From IMG/VR virus record IMGVR_UViG_3300033067_000499, positions 1 to 30,408 of that record: a stretch of 30,408 nucleotides of DNA; one strand, written 5' to 3'. Origin of the DNA: a virus. Lineage: Duplodnaviria; Caudoviricetes. The stretch's first letter is position 1. Every line of letters begins with the position of its first letter. The position numbers were made by a program, and so were the translations under genes. Positions 16,881 to 23,709 of this stretch are shown piece by piece. The notes beneath the pieces were generated by a model. That model saw only the letters and a program-made list of their open reading frames with translations. It made no database searches and was not told the DNA's origin.

Positions 16881-17887
16881 TGCCTCCGATCTCGATCAAG
16901 GCCGCCCTACTGATCGCCAGCTACCTGTTTGCCTTCGCCGCCGGCGGGGCGCTCATGCATCGCCTGGACGAGGGGCGCTACCAGAAGCTGGTGGCCACCC
17001 AGGCCAGGGCGCAGACGAAGGCGGTCGAGCACGCGCGCGTCGTCGAGCAGGCGCAGACCCAGGTGGCCGTCCGCGCCGCCGGATCCGCGGCCGCGGCGCA
17101 GGAGCGCATCGTCACCCGCACCATCACTCTCACCCGCGAGGTTCCCAATGCGGTCGCTACTCTGGTTCGTGATCATCCCTGTGTGCCTGTTGGCCTTGTG
17201 CGGCTGCACGACGCCGCGGCCTACGGGATCAGCCCAGCCGACGTTGGTCTCCCCGCCGACCAACCTGACGACGCCTGCTCGGCGGTTGCGTGGCCTGACT
17301 TCGCCGCCGTCATCGTCGAGAACTACGGCACCGCCAGGCAGAACGCCCAGCAGCTCGACGATCTCATTGCGTTCGAGGCCGACCGCGCTCGGGCCTTCGA
17401 TGGCGTGGTTCTACCCGAACGGCGTGGCCTACCTGCGGGCGGGGCAGCGCGAAGTGATGCCGGGGATCTGGACCTTCAACACCTGACGGAGTACAACAGC
17501 ATGCCCCTGGGCATCCACATCCACGTCCATCACCACTTCGAGGAACCTCTCGCCTTGTCCTTCCAAGACCAGATCGACCGCGCCGTCGCCGCCGTCCAGG
17601 CCGCGAACCAGCGCGCCGCCAACGCCGAGGCCGCTACGGCCGAAGCCGTGGCCCAACGTGACGCGGCCGTTGCCGCCCTCGCCGGCGACAAGTCGGCCGA
17701 AGACGCCGTGAACGAAGCCGCCCTGGCCGCGGCGCTCGACGCCGCCGGCGTTCCCCCGCTCGCTCCGGTGACCCCGGCCGAACCGGCCGCAGCGCCGGCG
17801 GCCGCGCCAGCCGTCGTGACCAACGCTGACGGCGTCACCGATCTCGCCGCTTCCGGCCTCAACCCGGATGGGTCGCCGGCCTCCTAA
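16880..17887 (+). CDS. Rz: i-spanin (Rz-like); reading frame continues without a stop into a downstream coiled-coil ORF
   Basis: N-terminal TM (AALLIASYLFAFAAGGALM), Ala/Gln coiled coil, C.VP.GLVRLHDAAA and ENYG...N..QL..LI motifs typical of i-spanins. TGATG coupling to the endolysin. Confidence 0.75.
   Translation: MPPISIKAALLIASYLFAFAAGGALMHRLDEGRYQKLVATQARAQTKAVEHARVVEQAQTQVAVRAAGSAAAAQERIVTRTITLTREVPNAVATLVRDHPCVPVGLVRLHDAAAYGISPADVGLPADQPDDACSAVAWPDFAAVIVENYGTARQNAQQLDDLIAFEADRARAFDGVVLPERRGLPAGGAARSDAGDLDLQHLTEYNSMPLGIHIHVHHHFEEPLALSFQDQIDRAVAAVQAANQRAANAEAATAEAVAQRDAAVAALAGDKSAEDAVNEAALAAALDAAGVPPLAPVTPAEPAAAPAAAPAVVTNADGVTDLAASGLNPDGSPAS
17148..17486 (+). CDS. Rz1: o-spanin (Rz1-like) lipoprotein embedded in the +1 frame of Rz, 112 aa
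   Basis: GAGGT 5 nt before ATG 17148. Signal peptide MRSLLWFVIIPVCLLALCG|C with lipobox, then a Pro/Thr/Ser-rich mature region. Rz-frame codon bias collapses over this interval, as expected for dual coding. Confidence 0.8.
   Translation: MRSLLWFVIIPVCLLALCGCTTPRPTGSAQPTLVSPPTNLTTPARRLRGLTSPPSSSRTTAPPGRTPSSSTISLRSRPTALGPSMAWFYPNGVAYLRAGQREVMPGIWTFNT
17501..17887 (+). CDS. Ala-rich coiled-coil protein with N-terminal HIHVHHH motif (128 aa), probably independently initiated inside the Rz frame
   Basis: GGAG at 17488-17491 precedes ATG 17501, just after the Rz1 stop, and strong codon bias resumes here. An alternative TTG start near 17555 follows GAGGA. Confidence 0.55.
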   Translation: MPLGIHIHVHHHFEEPLALSFQDQIDRAVAAVQAANQRAANAEAATAEAVAQRDAAVAALAGDKSAEDAVNEAALAAALDAAGVPPLAPVTPAEPAAAPAAAPAVVTNADGVTDLAASGLNPDGSPAS

Positions 17888-17918
17888 CCCACCCACGTTC
17901 GATGATGGGTCCAACTGA

Positions 17919-17954
17919 AACCCCCGCCGGAGCGATCCAGCGGGGGTTCTTTTG
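17919..17954 (+). terminator. Rho-independent terminator between convergent operons (probably bidirectional)
   Basis: AACCCCCGCCGGA-GCGA-TCCAGCGGGGGTT: 13-bp stem with one mismatch and a GNRA loop, followed by CTTTTGTT on +. The T-run on - is short. Confidence 0.85.
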
Positions 17955-17974
17955 TTACCGGCTATTGGCGGTTA

Positions 17975-18394
17975 TTAGAGGCCGCCGTCCTTGATCGTAG
18001 CGAAGGCGGCGTCGAACACTTCCTTCGGAGACGGCCGCTCCCGCGGCAGCTCCACGCCGTTCTCGTCGTAGCCCCGGATGGCGCTGCGGGGGAGTGGCAA
18101 GCCGTGCAGCTCCTCGAGCTCTTTCTGCAGCAGGGCCAGCGCCCGCCACGCCACCTTGACCGAATGAAGCTGGCCATCGGTGTCGACGGTGCCGCGCTCG
18201 ACGAGGTGGCGCAGCAGCGTGTCCGCCTCGTCGCCCGACTTCGAGCGGTCCCAGCGCACCGGCTTACCGGGGTTGTGCTGCTCGTTGGCGATCATGGACA
18301 GGCGCGCCACGGCGGCCAGGGCGTCGGGGAAGTAGTCGATCAGCCCGGTCACCATGGGGATGCCCTTGCGGGCCTGGGCGTCAGTCGGCAGCAT
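17975..18394 (-). CDS. dATP/dGTP diphosphohydrolase-like protein (DUF5664 family)
   Basis: RKGIPM..GL.DYFPDALAAVARLS...NEQHNPG.P..WDRSKS.DE.D.LLRHL...G..D.DG.LH..KVAWRALA.LQ matches the DUF5664 pattern. AAGGAG RBS. Confidence 0.75.
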   Translation of the reverse strand: MLPTDAQARKGIPMVTGLIDYFPDALAAVARLSMIANEQHNPGKPVRWDRSKSGDEADTLLRHLVERGTVDTDGQLHSVKVAWRALALLQKELEELHGLPLPRSAIRGYDENGVELPRERPSPKEVFDAAFATIKDGGL

Positions 18395-18752
18395 GGGTGG
18401 TCAGCTCCTTCAGGACATCGCGGCCGAGCCGCATCAGGTGGACGACGTCGGCTTCGGCCTTCGTCAGCTTCACCGGCCGGCACCAGAGGCAGCCGCCGGG
18501 CTGGTCGCCGCAGCGGGTGCAGGCGGCGCAGGGGTTGAGGGCGGCGTCGCCCACGGTCATGGAGAACTGCGCGGCTGCGCGTTCGTCCTGGCGCTCAGCA
18601 CGGGTGTCGTGCCTCACACCTCCCAATCGGTCACCGGCTCGGCCGGTTTCGTTTCCGTATCCCACAGGGGTTCCTCCTCGATAGTGGGGGTGTTGATAGC
18701 AGGGGACGCCACGGCGGCAGCAGTCCTCGTCGTTCTCGCAACAGGTGAACAT
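18381..18752 (-). CDS. Cys-rich hypothetical protein (putative Zn-binding), 123 aa; alternative start at GTG 18617
   Basis: AGGAGG RBS before ATG 18752; CC..CC..C N-terminus and CAACTRC...CLWC cluster; stop overlaps the DUF5664 start region. Confidence 0.5.
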   Translation of the reverse strand: MFTCCENDEDCCRRGVPCYQHPHYRGGTPVGYGNETGRAGDRLGGVRHDTRAERQDERAAAQFSMTVGDAALNPCAACTRCGDQPGGCLWCRPVKLTKAEADVVHLMRLGRDVLKELTTHAAD

Positions 18753-18904
18753 CCTTCCCTCCTGGGGTAGGGCGCGGTCATGTAGAAGGCGTAGCTCGGA
18801 TCCTCGGCGAAGCGCTGCGAGGCCCAGGCCCGGCCGGCGGCGTGCGTGGGGAAGATCTCGAACGGGATCCGCCCCTGCACCTCCGTCAGTCTCAGCCCTG
18901 CCAC
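18614..18904 (-). CDS. Hypothetical protein, ~96 aa (MAGLRLTEVQGRIPFEIFPTHAAGRAW...)
   Basis: GTG start overlapping the end of the metallophosphoesterase gene. Strong GC3 codon bias in the first half. Fills an otherwise empty gap at 18753-18891. Confidence 0.5.
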   Translation of the reverse strand: MAGLRLTEVQGRIPFEIFPTHAAGRAWASQRFAEDPSYAFYMTAPYPRREGCSPVARTTRTAAAVASPAINTPTIEEEPLWDTETKPAEPVTDWEV

Positions 18905-20127
18905 GTCAGCCACTCGGCTTCGGCCTCGGTGCGCTGTTGCTGCAGCTTCACCTCCCAGCGGGCGGTGACGCCGTGCTTGGGGTGGACGAAGAACAGCGAC
19001 TGCGACGCCGGCGCGTAGGGCGCGCGCAGGGCCAGGCGGGCGTACTCGTCGTAGCCCTTGAGGCAGTTGTTGACGATCACGCCCGGCAGCCACAGGGTCT
19101 GGTGCCAGTGGCCCATCAGGATGTAGTCGACGTCGCGGCCGATCTGGCGCTCGCTGTTGCCGACCTTGATGGAGCCGCGCATGATCGGGCCGATGGCACC
19201 GATGATGCCGTCGCCGCCCTTCACGCCCAGGCTGTCGCCGTGGGTCAGCAGGAACCGGCGGCCGCTCACCTTGAAGAAGGCGTCGGTGTTCTCGGGGATC
19301 AGAAAGGTGATGCGCTTGTCGCGCCGGAAGTGGCGCTCGAGGTTGCAGTAGATGTTCCACTCGTGCGAGGTGAACACCCGCCCCTTCATGCGCGGCTTGC
19401 GGCTGGCGCGGCCGTGGTTGCCCACGACGCAGGGGACGAAGACCTTGCCGAACTCGTCGGCCATCTTCTCGAGCGCCGAGGCCAACAGGTCGGTCAGGTC
19501 GTTGATGCACTGCTGGGTGGTGCGGTCGTTGGTGGCGAACAGCTCCTCGTGGATGTCGCCGGAGATCATGTCGCCGCCCAGGCACACGACGATGCCCGGG
19601 TACTTCGCGTCGCCCTGGCCCATGTGGTTCCGGCACAGGTCGATGGTCGCCTCGACGAGCTGCTCGGCCCGGGCTTTGGCGATGTCGGCGTTGAACTCGT
19701 TGAGACCGTTCACCTCCTCGGCGCGCACAGTCTCGCCATAGTGCCAGTCGGACCAGATGGTCACGGGCACGCCCAGGCTGCGGATCGGCGGCTTCTCGGG
19801 CGAGGTCCACTTCGGCGGCTCCGGCGTGCGGGCGGCGAGGCGGTAGATCTCCTGGCGGATCCGCTCGGCGCTGTCGGCTTCCTTGGACAGGCGGCCGATG
19901 TCGATGCGGGCCCGGGACAGCTCGATGCGGAGCCGGTCCACCTCGGTCAGGATCTGGCTCTCGGCCGTCAGCCCACGGGCCTCAGCATAGCCGATGCGCT
20001 TGTTGACGACGTTGGCGTCCACCTGCAGGAAGCGGGCGGCTGCGCGGATGCTGCCCTTGTCGCGGACGGCCCGCAGGGCCTCCACGATCTCGGCGTCGGT
20101 GGTCTGAGCTATGGCCATCGGGGTCAT
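18892..20127 (-). CDS. Calcineurin-like metallophosphoesterase with N-terminal HTH and coiled coil
   Basis: All five motifs are present: SDWHYG, GGDMISG, VGNHGR, THGD, MGHWH. N-terminal EALRAVRDKGSIRAAARFLQVDANVVNKRI is HTH-like. Start is 20127 (ATGA overlap) or 20118. Confidence 0.85.
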   Translation of the reverse strand: MTPMAIAQTTDAEIVEALRAVRDKGSIRAAARFLQVDANVVNKRIGYAEARGLTAESQILTEVDRLRIELSRARIDIGRLSKEADSAERIRQEIYRLAARTPEPPKWTSPEKPPIRSLGVPVTIWSDWHYGETVRAEEVNGLNEFNADIAKARAEQLVEATIDLCRNHMGQGDAKYPGIVVCLGGDMISGDIHEELFATNDRTTQQCINDLTDLLASALEKMADEFGKVFVPCVVGNHGRASRKPRMKGRVFTSHEWNIYCNLERHFRRDKRITFLIPENTDAFFKVSGRRFLLTHGDSLGVKGGDGIIGAIGPIMRGSIKVGNSERQIGRDVDYILMGHWHQTLWLPGVIVNNCLKGYDEYARLALRAPYAPASQSLFFVHPKHGVTARWEVKLQQQRTEAEAEWLTWQG

Positions 20128-20618
20128 TCCTTCGTGAGGGTTGCCATTGCGAACTTCAGGAGGCACCAAGCGTCGGCCTCGTGCTCGTTGTCGCCACCAT
20201 AGCCCATGAGCTGGGCGGCTTCAATCATGTCGGCTTTGTCAGCGTTGCCCTTGCCGACCGCCCACTTCTTGATCTCGGCCGGGGTGATGTCGAGGACGGG
20301 CACGCCGGCGTTGTGCGCCGCAGCTTCGAGGATGCCGGCCATGCCCCACAGGAGGCGCGTGGCAGCCTGGCCCCGGGCGAACGGGCGCTCGTAGACCACG
20401 ATGTCGAGCCGGGACGTGGCGTCGTTCATGGCAGCTAGGGTGGCGGCGAAGCTGCCCAGCACCTCCGGTCGCTTGCGCGCCAGCTTCGGTCTGTTGCGGT
20501 CGGGGTTCTCGTCGATATGGAACGCCTCGGCTTTGTCCCCCAGCAGCTCGGCCTTGGCGGAGAGCTGGTTCGTGGCGATGGCCCAGGTCGAGCCCAGGTC
20601 GAAGGCGGCGATCTTCAT
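20124..20618 (-). CDS. RuvC-like Holliday junction resolvase, 164 aa
   Basis: MKIAAFDLG, VVYERPF, TPAEIKKWAVGKGNADKADM, NEHEADA (acidic catalytic residues). ATGA overlap with the polymerase stop. Corresponds to the 3' end of the 20124..21932 track ORF. Confidence 0.85.
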   Translation of the reverse strand: MKIAAFDLGSTWAIATNQLSAKAELLGDKAEAFHIDENPDRNRPKLARKRPEVLGSFAATLAAMNDATSRLDIVVYERPFARGQAATRLLWGMAGILEAAAHNAGVPVLDITPAEIKKWAVGKGNADKADMIEAAQLMGYGGDNEHEADAWCLLKFAMATLTKE

Positions 20619-22657
20619 TTGCGGTATCGGTCTCCCTGCCACGCGTCGACCTTGATCGGGATGCCGATCTCGCGGGTCCACGGCTGGATGTCTTCCATGA
20701 TCTGTTTGAACGCCTTCAGGTCGGCGTCCACCTTCAGCGGCTCGGCGACGATCTCGTCGTGAACCTCGAGCACCACCGGGAACCCGTTGGCCTCGAGCCG
20801 CTTCTTCGCGTCTTCCATCACCTCGCGCTCGATCTTCATGACCGCGTTCTCGGTGAGTTGGCCCCCGAAGGCGTCGCGGGTCACCCAGCGGCCGGCCTTC
20901 ATCACCTGATAGCTGAAGCCGCGGCGGACGTCGGTCTCGTCCCACGGCATCGGCCGGCGGGTGCGCTGGGGGTTGAAGTAGTGGATGGTCGAGCCGTTGG
21001 GGAAGCGGGCCGTCAGCCACTGATCCTCGAGATAGTAGACGATGCCGTGCGTCTCCTGGGGCGTGCCGTCCCACACGCAGCGGATCGCCGCGTCCTGCAG
21101 GGCGTACCACAGCTCGGGGACGCAGGGGGCCCACTCTTTGCGGTAGACGCGCACCACCTCCTCGCAGAAGACCAGCGTCTGGCCCTTGCCGTATTTGATC
21201 AGGAAGGTGCGGCCGCCCATCTGGAAGCCCAGGCCGAGCACGCTGTTCTTCCCGGTCTGGCGCTCGATCAGATCCTTCTTGGTGATCTCCCGCTTGTAGA
21301 TCTGCGAGCCCATGTCGCAGTAAATGTCCGCGCCGGCGGCCATCAGGGCGACCTTGTCCCGTTGCCCGGCCAGGGCCAGGACGGTGCGCGCCTGGATCCC
21401 GGCGTAGTCGCCGGCGAGCAGGATGCGGTCGTCGTCGCAGGTGATGCAGTGGCGCAGGCTCGAGACCACCGTCTCTACGGCCGGGCCGTACATGCTCTCG
21501 ATCAGATCCGCGTCGCGCATCTTCAGGGCGCGCACCAGCGGCGTCGGATCCGGCGTGTCCCCGTCTTCCTTCAGGGAGCCGCGGGGGAAGTTGTGGGGCT
21601 GCAGCAGGCGGCCCGCCTGGCGGCCGGGGCCGGTGCCGTGGTAGACGAGGAGCTGCCGCGCACGGCCGTCGTAGCCGCAGCAATGGCGCATCGCCGCCAG
21701 CTTCTTGATGCTTGCCGAACCGACGAGCTGCCTGATATGAAGGGCCTCCCGCACCTCGGCGGGGAGAGGCACATGCTCCGGCTCCTCCACACCCGTGTCC
21801 CATTCGTCGCCTTCGGGGTCGGCATAGCCTGCATCGTCGTCTGTGGCGTCGGGCTCGTCGTCCTCGCCTAGCAGCTCGGCCAGCGTATCCTTCTGCAGGT
21901 TCGGCAGGTGGACGCCGCGGTCGGCGCACCATTGCTTGACCTTGGCGATCTGGCCGAAGCTGAGGCCGCCCGTCAGCTCGCGGAAGCGCTCGGCCAGCGG
22001 GCCCGAGGCTTGGTCGACGATGTCCTGCATGGCCGCCACCAGCTCGCGGTCGAGCCGCACGCCGCGGTCATTGGTGCGCGTGGAGGCCAGCCAGATGGGG
22101 CGCTCGTGCGCCGGCAGCCAGCCGATGCGGCGGTGCAGGGCGACCTGGGCGTCGATGTCGACGAAGCAGTAGTCCACGATCCGCTTCAGCGTCTCGGCCG
22201 TGATCTGCGGCCGCACGCCGGTCTTGGCGTACTCGCGGTTCAGCTTCCGCACCAGGGCGTTGCCCTCCATGTCCTTGGACACGGGCAGCTTCAGCACCGG
22301 CAGGACGCGGTCGAGGCCTGCGGGGAGCACGAGCTGCTGGCCCCGGGCCATGGTGTCGTGCCACTGCTCGAGGGGCAGTGCCGGCCAGCCATGCTCGCGC
22401 TCCATCTGCCAGCGCCAGATCGACCGCTCGAAGCCGGCTTGGTGCGCCACGAAGATGACGCCCTTCTCGATAGCCTGGCGGATGATGTCGGGGCACGGCT
22501 GCCCCTGGACCCAGGATCCGCGCCGGCGGTCGCTGGCCTCCCAGCAGAGGCACAGCACCTCGGTGGTGAAGTCCTGGGCGTAGCGGTCAGCGCCGGCCTT
22601 CGTCAGGTCGCAGGCGCTCAGCGTCTCGAAGTCGACGACGATCCAGGGCTGGGCCAT
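20615..22657 (-). CDS. Family A DNA polymerase with 3'-5' exonuclease (APSE/SPO2-type phage polymerase), 680 aa
   Basis: Exo motifs DFET, AHQAGFE, YCFVD; GR.AGRLLQPHNFPR; motif A GDYAGIQAR; motif B RQTGKNSVLGLGF; motif C VHDEIV. GGGAGG RBS and TGATG coupling at 22657. Confidence 0.92.
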   Translation of the reverse strand: MAQPWIVVDFETLSACDLTKAGADRYAQDFTTEVLCLCWEASDRRRGSWVQGQPCPDIIRQAIEKGVIFVAHQAGFERSIWRWQMEREHGWPALPLEQWHDTMARGQQLVLPAGLDRVLPVLKLPVSKDMEGNALVRKLNREYAKTGVRPQITAETLKRIVDYCFVDIDAQVALHRRIGWLPAHERPIWLASTRTNDRGVRLDRELVAAMQDIVDQASGPLAERFRELTGGLSFGQIAKVKQWCADRGVHLPNLQKDTLAELLGEDDEPDATDDDAGYADPEGDEWDTGVEEPEHVPLPAEVREALHIRQLVGSASIKKLAAMRHCCGYDGRARQLLVYHGTGPGRQAGRLLQPHNFPRGSLKEDGDTPDPTPLVRALKMRDADLIESMYGPAVETVVSSLRHCITCDDDRILLAGDYAGIQARTVLALAGQRDKVALMAAGADIYCDMGSQIYKREITKKDLIERQTGKNSVLGLGFQMGGRTFLIKYGKGQTLVFCEEVVRVYRKEWAPCVPELWYALQDAAIRCVWDGTPQETHGIVYYLEDQWLTARFPNGSTIHYFNPQRTRRPMPWDETDVRRGFSYQVMKAGRWVTRDAFGGQLTENAVMKIEREVMEDAKKRLEANGFPVVLEVHDEIVAEPLKVDADLKAFKQIMEDIQPWTREIGIPIKVDAWQGDRYRK

Positions 22658-22842
22658 CAGCGGCGCGCCTCCCGCGCGCGGGTCTGCGCCGGCGTCTCGC
22701 CGTCTCGGCTGATCGGCCGAGGGTGGCCGATGCCGCAGCGCGGGCAGCTCTTGCTGATCGACGAACCGACGCGCACGCCCCACCAGCTACAGGTCGGCTG
22801 CGGGCACTCGACTACGTGACGGGGGGACCAATGACGGGCCAT
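22657..22842 (-). CDS. Small putative Zn-ribbon protein, 61 aa
   Basis: CPQPTC...CPRC; GGAG RBS; stop overlaps the polymerase start. Confidence 0.55.
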   Translation of the reverse strand: MARHWSPRHVVECPQPTCSWWGVRVGSSISKSCPRCGIGHPRPISRDGETPAQTRAREARR

Positions 22843-22856
22843 GGCGGGCTCCAGAT

Positions 22857-22952
22857 ACGAGGTGGGCCCAGCGCGCTTGTGTCAAAGCGGTTTCCCGCGC
22901 GCTGGGCCCTTGGCAGGGGTCGGCCTATCGGGCGGCTGCCAGGGCCGCCTCG
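22857..22952 (-). other. Structured intergenic element (perfect 13-bp inverted repeat plus competing stems)
   Basis: GGGCCCAGCGCGC (22864-22876) / GCGCGCTGGGCCC (22897-22909); additional stem 22905-22916/22936-22946; inner GCGG-GAAA-CCGC hairpin on the - strand. Confidence 0.55.
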
Positions 22953-22958
22953 GGCTCC

Positions 22959-23621
22959 CTACCAATCCGTCGTGCCGGCACCGCCGGTCGGATCGACCTG
23001 ACTGTCGATGCCGATGTAGCCCTTGAAGACGTCGGCCCCGGAGGTGCCGCCCGTGATCAGGGCCTCGCCGGTGTTCGTCGAGCACACCTTGTTCAGGTAC
23101 GCCGTGACGCCCGGCTTGCCTTCGCCGACCGCATCGTAGGCCTGGAAGTTCACCTCGAACAGGACGTTCTTGCCCGTGTCGAAGCGCTTCTTCGCCGCCT
23201 TGATGGCATCCTGGCCGTCGAGCAGCACCCAGCGGCCGCCTTCGATGTGCGACAGCTCCGGCTGGAACTGCGACCGCGCGACCAGCACCTGCCGTCCGCG
23301 CGACCATTCGCGCTTCTTGCCCTTCGCCGTGGCCTTGTCCGCCAGCTTGTCGCCGGGGGTCAGGGGGACGAGGATCTCGCCGGCCTTGATGGCAGCGCCG
23401 ATGTCGCGGCCGGGCCACTTCGCCTGGGCGACGGCCACGATCTTGGCGCGGGCCGCCTGCAGGTCGACGTGATCGGCCTCGAACTCGAAGTTGGCGCTGA
23501 ATTTGGGTTCCTCTTTCGAGGACTGCGTGACCTTCTTCGCCTCCACGACGTTGAGGAAGCTGCCCAGGACGGGCTTGCTGGAGCTGAACAGCCCGAGCTG
23601 GTCGTTGGTTTCGGTGGTCAT
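22959..23621 (-). CDS. Single-stranded DNA-binding protein (DUF2815 / T7 gp2.5-like OB fold)
   Basis: SFLNVVEAK...EPKFSANF...PLTPGDK...ARSQFQP...F.AYD...KPGVTAYLNKV...GEAL..GG..GADVF, with an acidic/aromatic C-terminus (TTDW). Canonical position between DUF2800 and the polymerase. Confidence 0.8.
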   Translation of the reverse strand: MTTETNDQLGLFSSSKPVLGSFLNVVEAKKVTQSSKEEPKFSANFEFEADHVDLQAARAKIVAVAQAKWPGRDIGAAIKAGEILVPLTPGDKLADKATAKGKKREWSRGRQVLVARSQFQPELSHIEGGRWVLLDGQDAIKAAKKRFDTGKNVLFEVNFQAYDAVGEGKPGVTAYLNKVCSTNTGEALITGGTSGADVFKGYIGIDSQVDPTGGAGTTDW

Positions 23622-23680
23622 AGGATCTCTCCGATAGCTTGGCCGGTGGGCCGATAGAACCCCAAGTGGGGAATGGTTGG

Positions 23681-23709
23681 ACGCTAGTCCTTGGTGGCTG
23701 ACCTGTCAA
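23681..23709 (-). promoter_or_regulatory. Sigma70-type promoter for SSB/polymerase genes
   Basis: TTGACA (23709-23704), 17-nt spacer, TAGCGT (23686-23681), about 60 nt upstream of the SSB start. Confidence 0.65.

Noticed and set aside
17890-17911. Small ACCCA...TGGGT hairpin after the last late gene, and CCCC-ACTT-GGGG hairpin near 23660-23671
   Set aside because: Stems of only 4-5 bp are expected by chance at this GC content; no supporting features.
17975-18394. Calling the phage a 2-aminoadenine (Z) genome phage from DUF5664 alone
   Set aside because: No PurZ or DatZ is visible in the window and DUF5664 also occurs in phages with canonical DNA; kept only as a hypothesis.
19990-20100. LysR-like HTH as a separate repressor gene
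   Set aside because: It is the in-frame N-terminus of the metallophosphoesterase, not an independent regulator ORF.
20124-21932. 602-aa ORF suggesting a long RuvC fusion or polymerase-RuvC frameshift
   Set aside because: The upstream part is an off-frame read of the polymerase gene. RuvC has its own ATG at 20618 coupled by ATGA, and I saw no slippery sequence.
22852-22885. TTGACA on the - strand within the structured intergenic region as a polymerase promoter
   Set aside because: The nearest -10-like hexamer (TATCTG) is 22 nt away, outside normal spacing.
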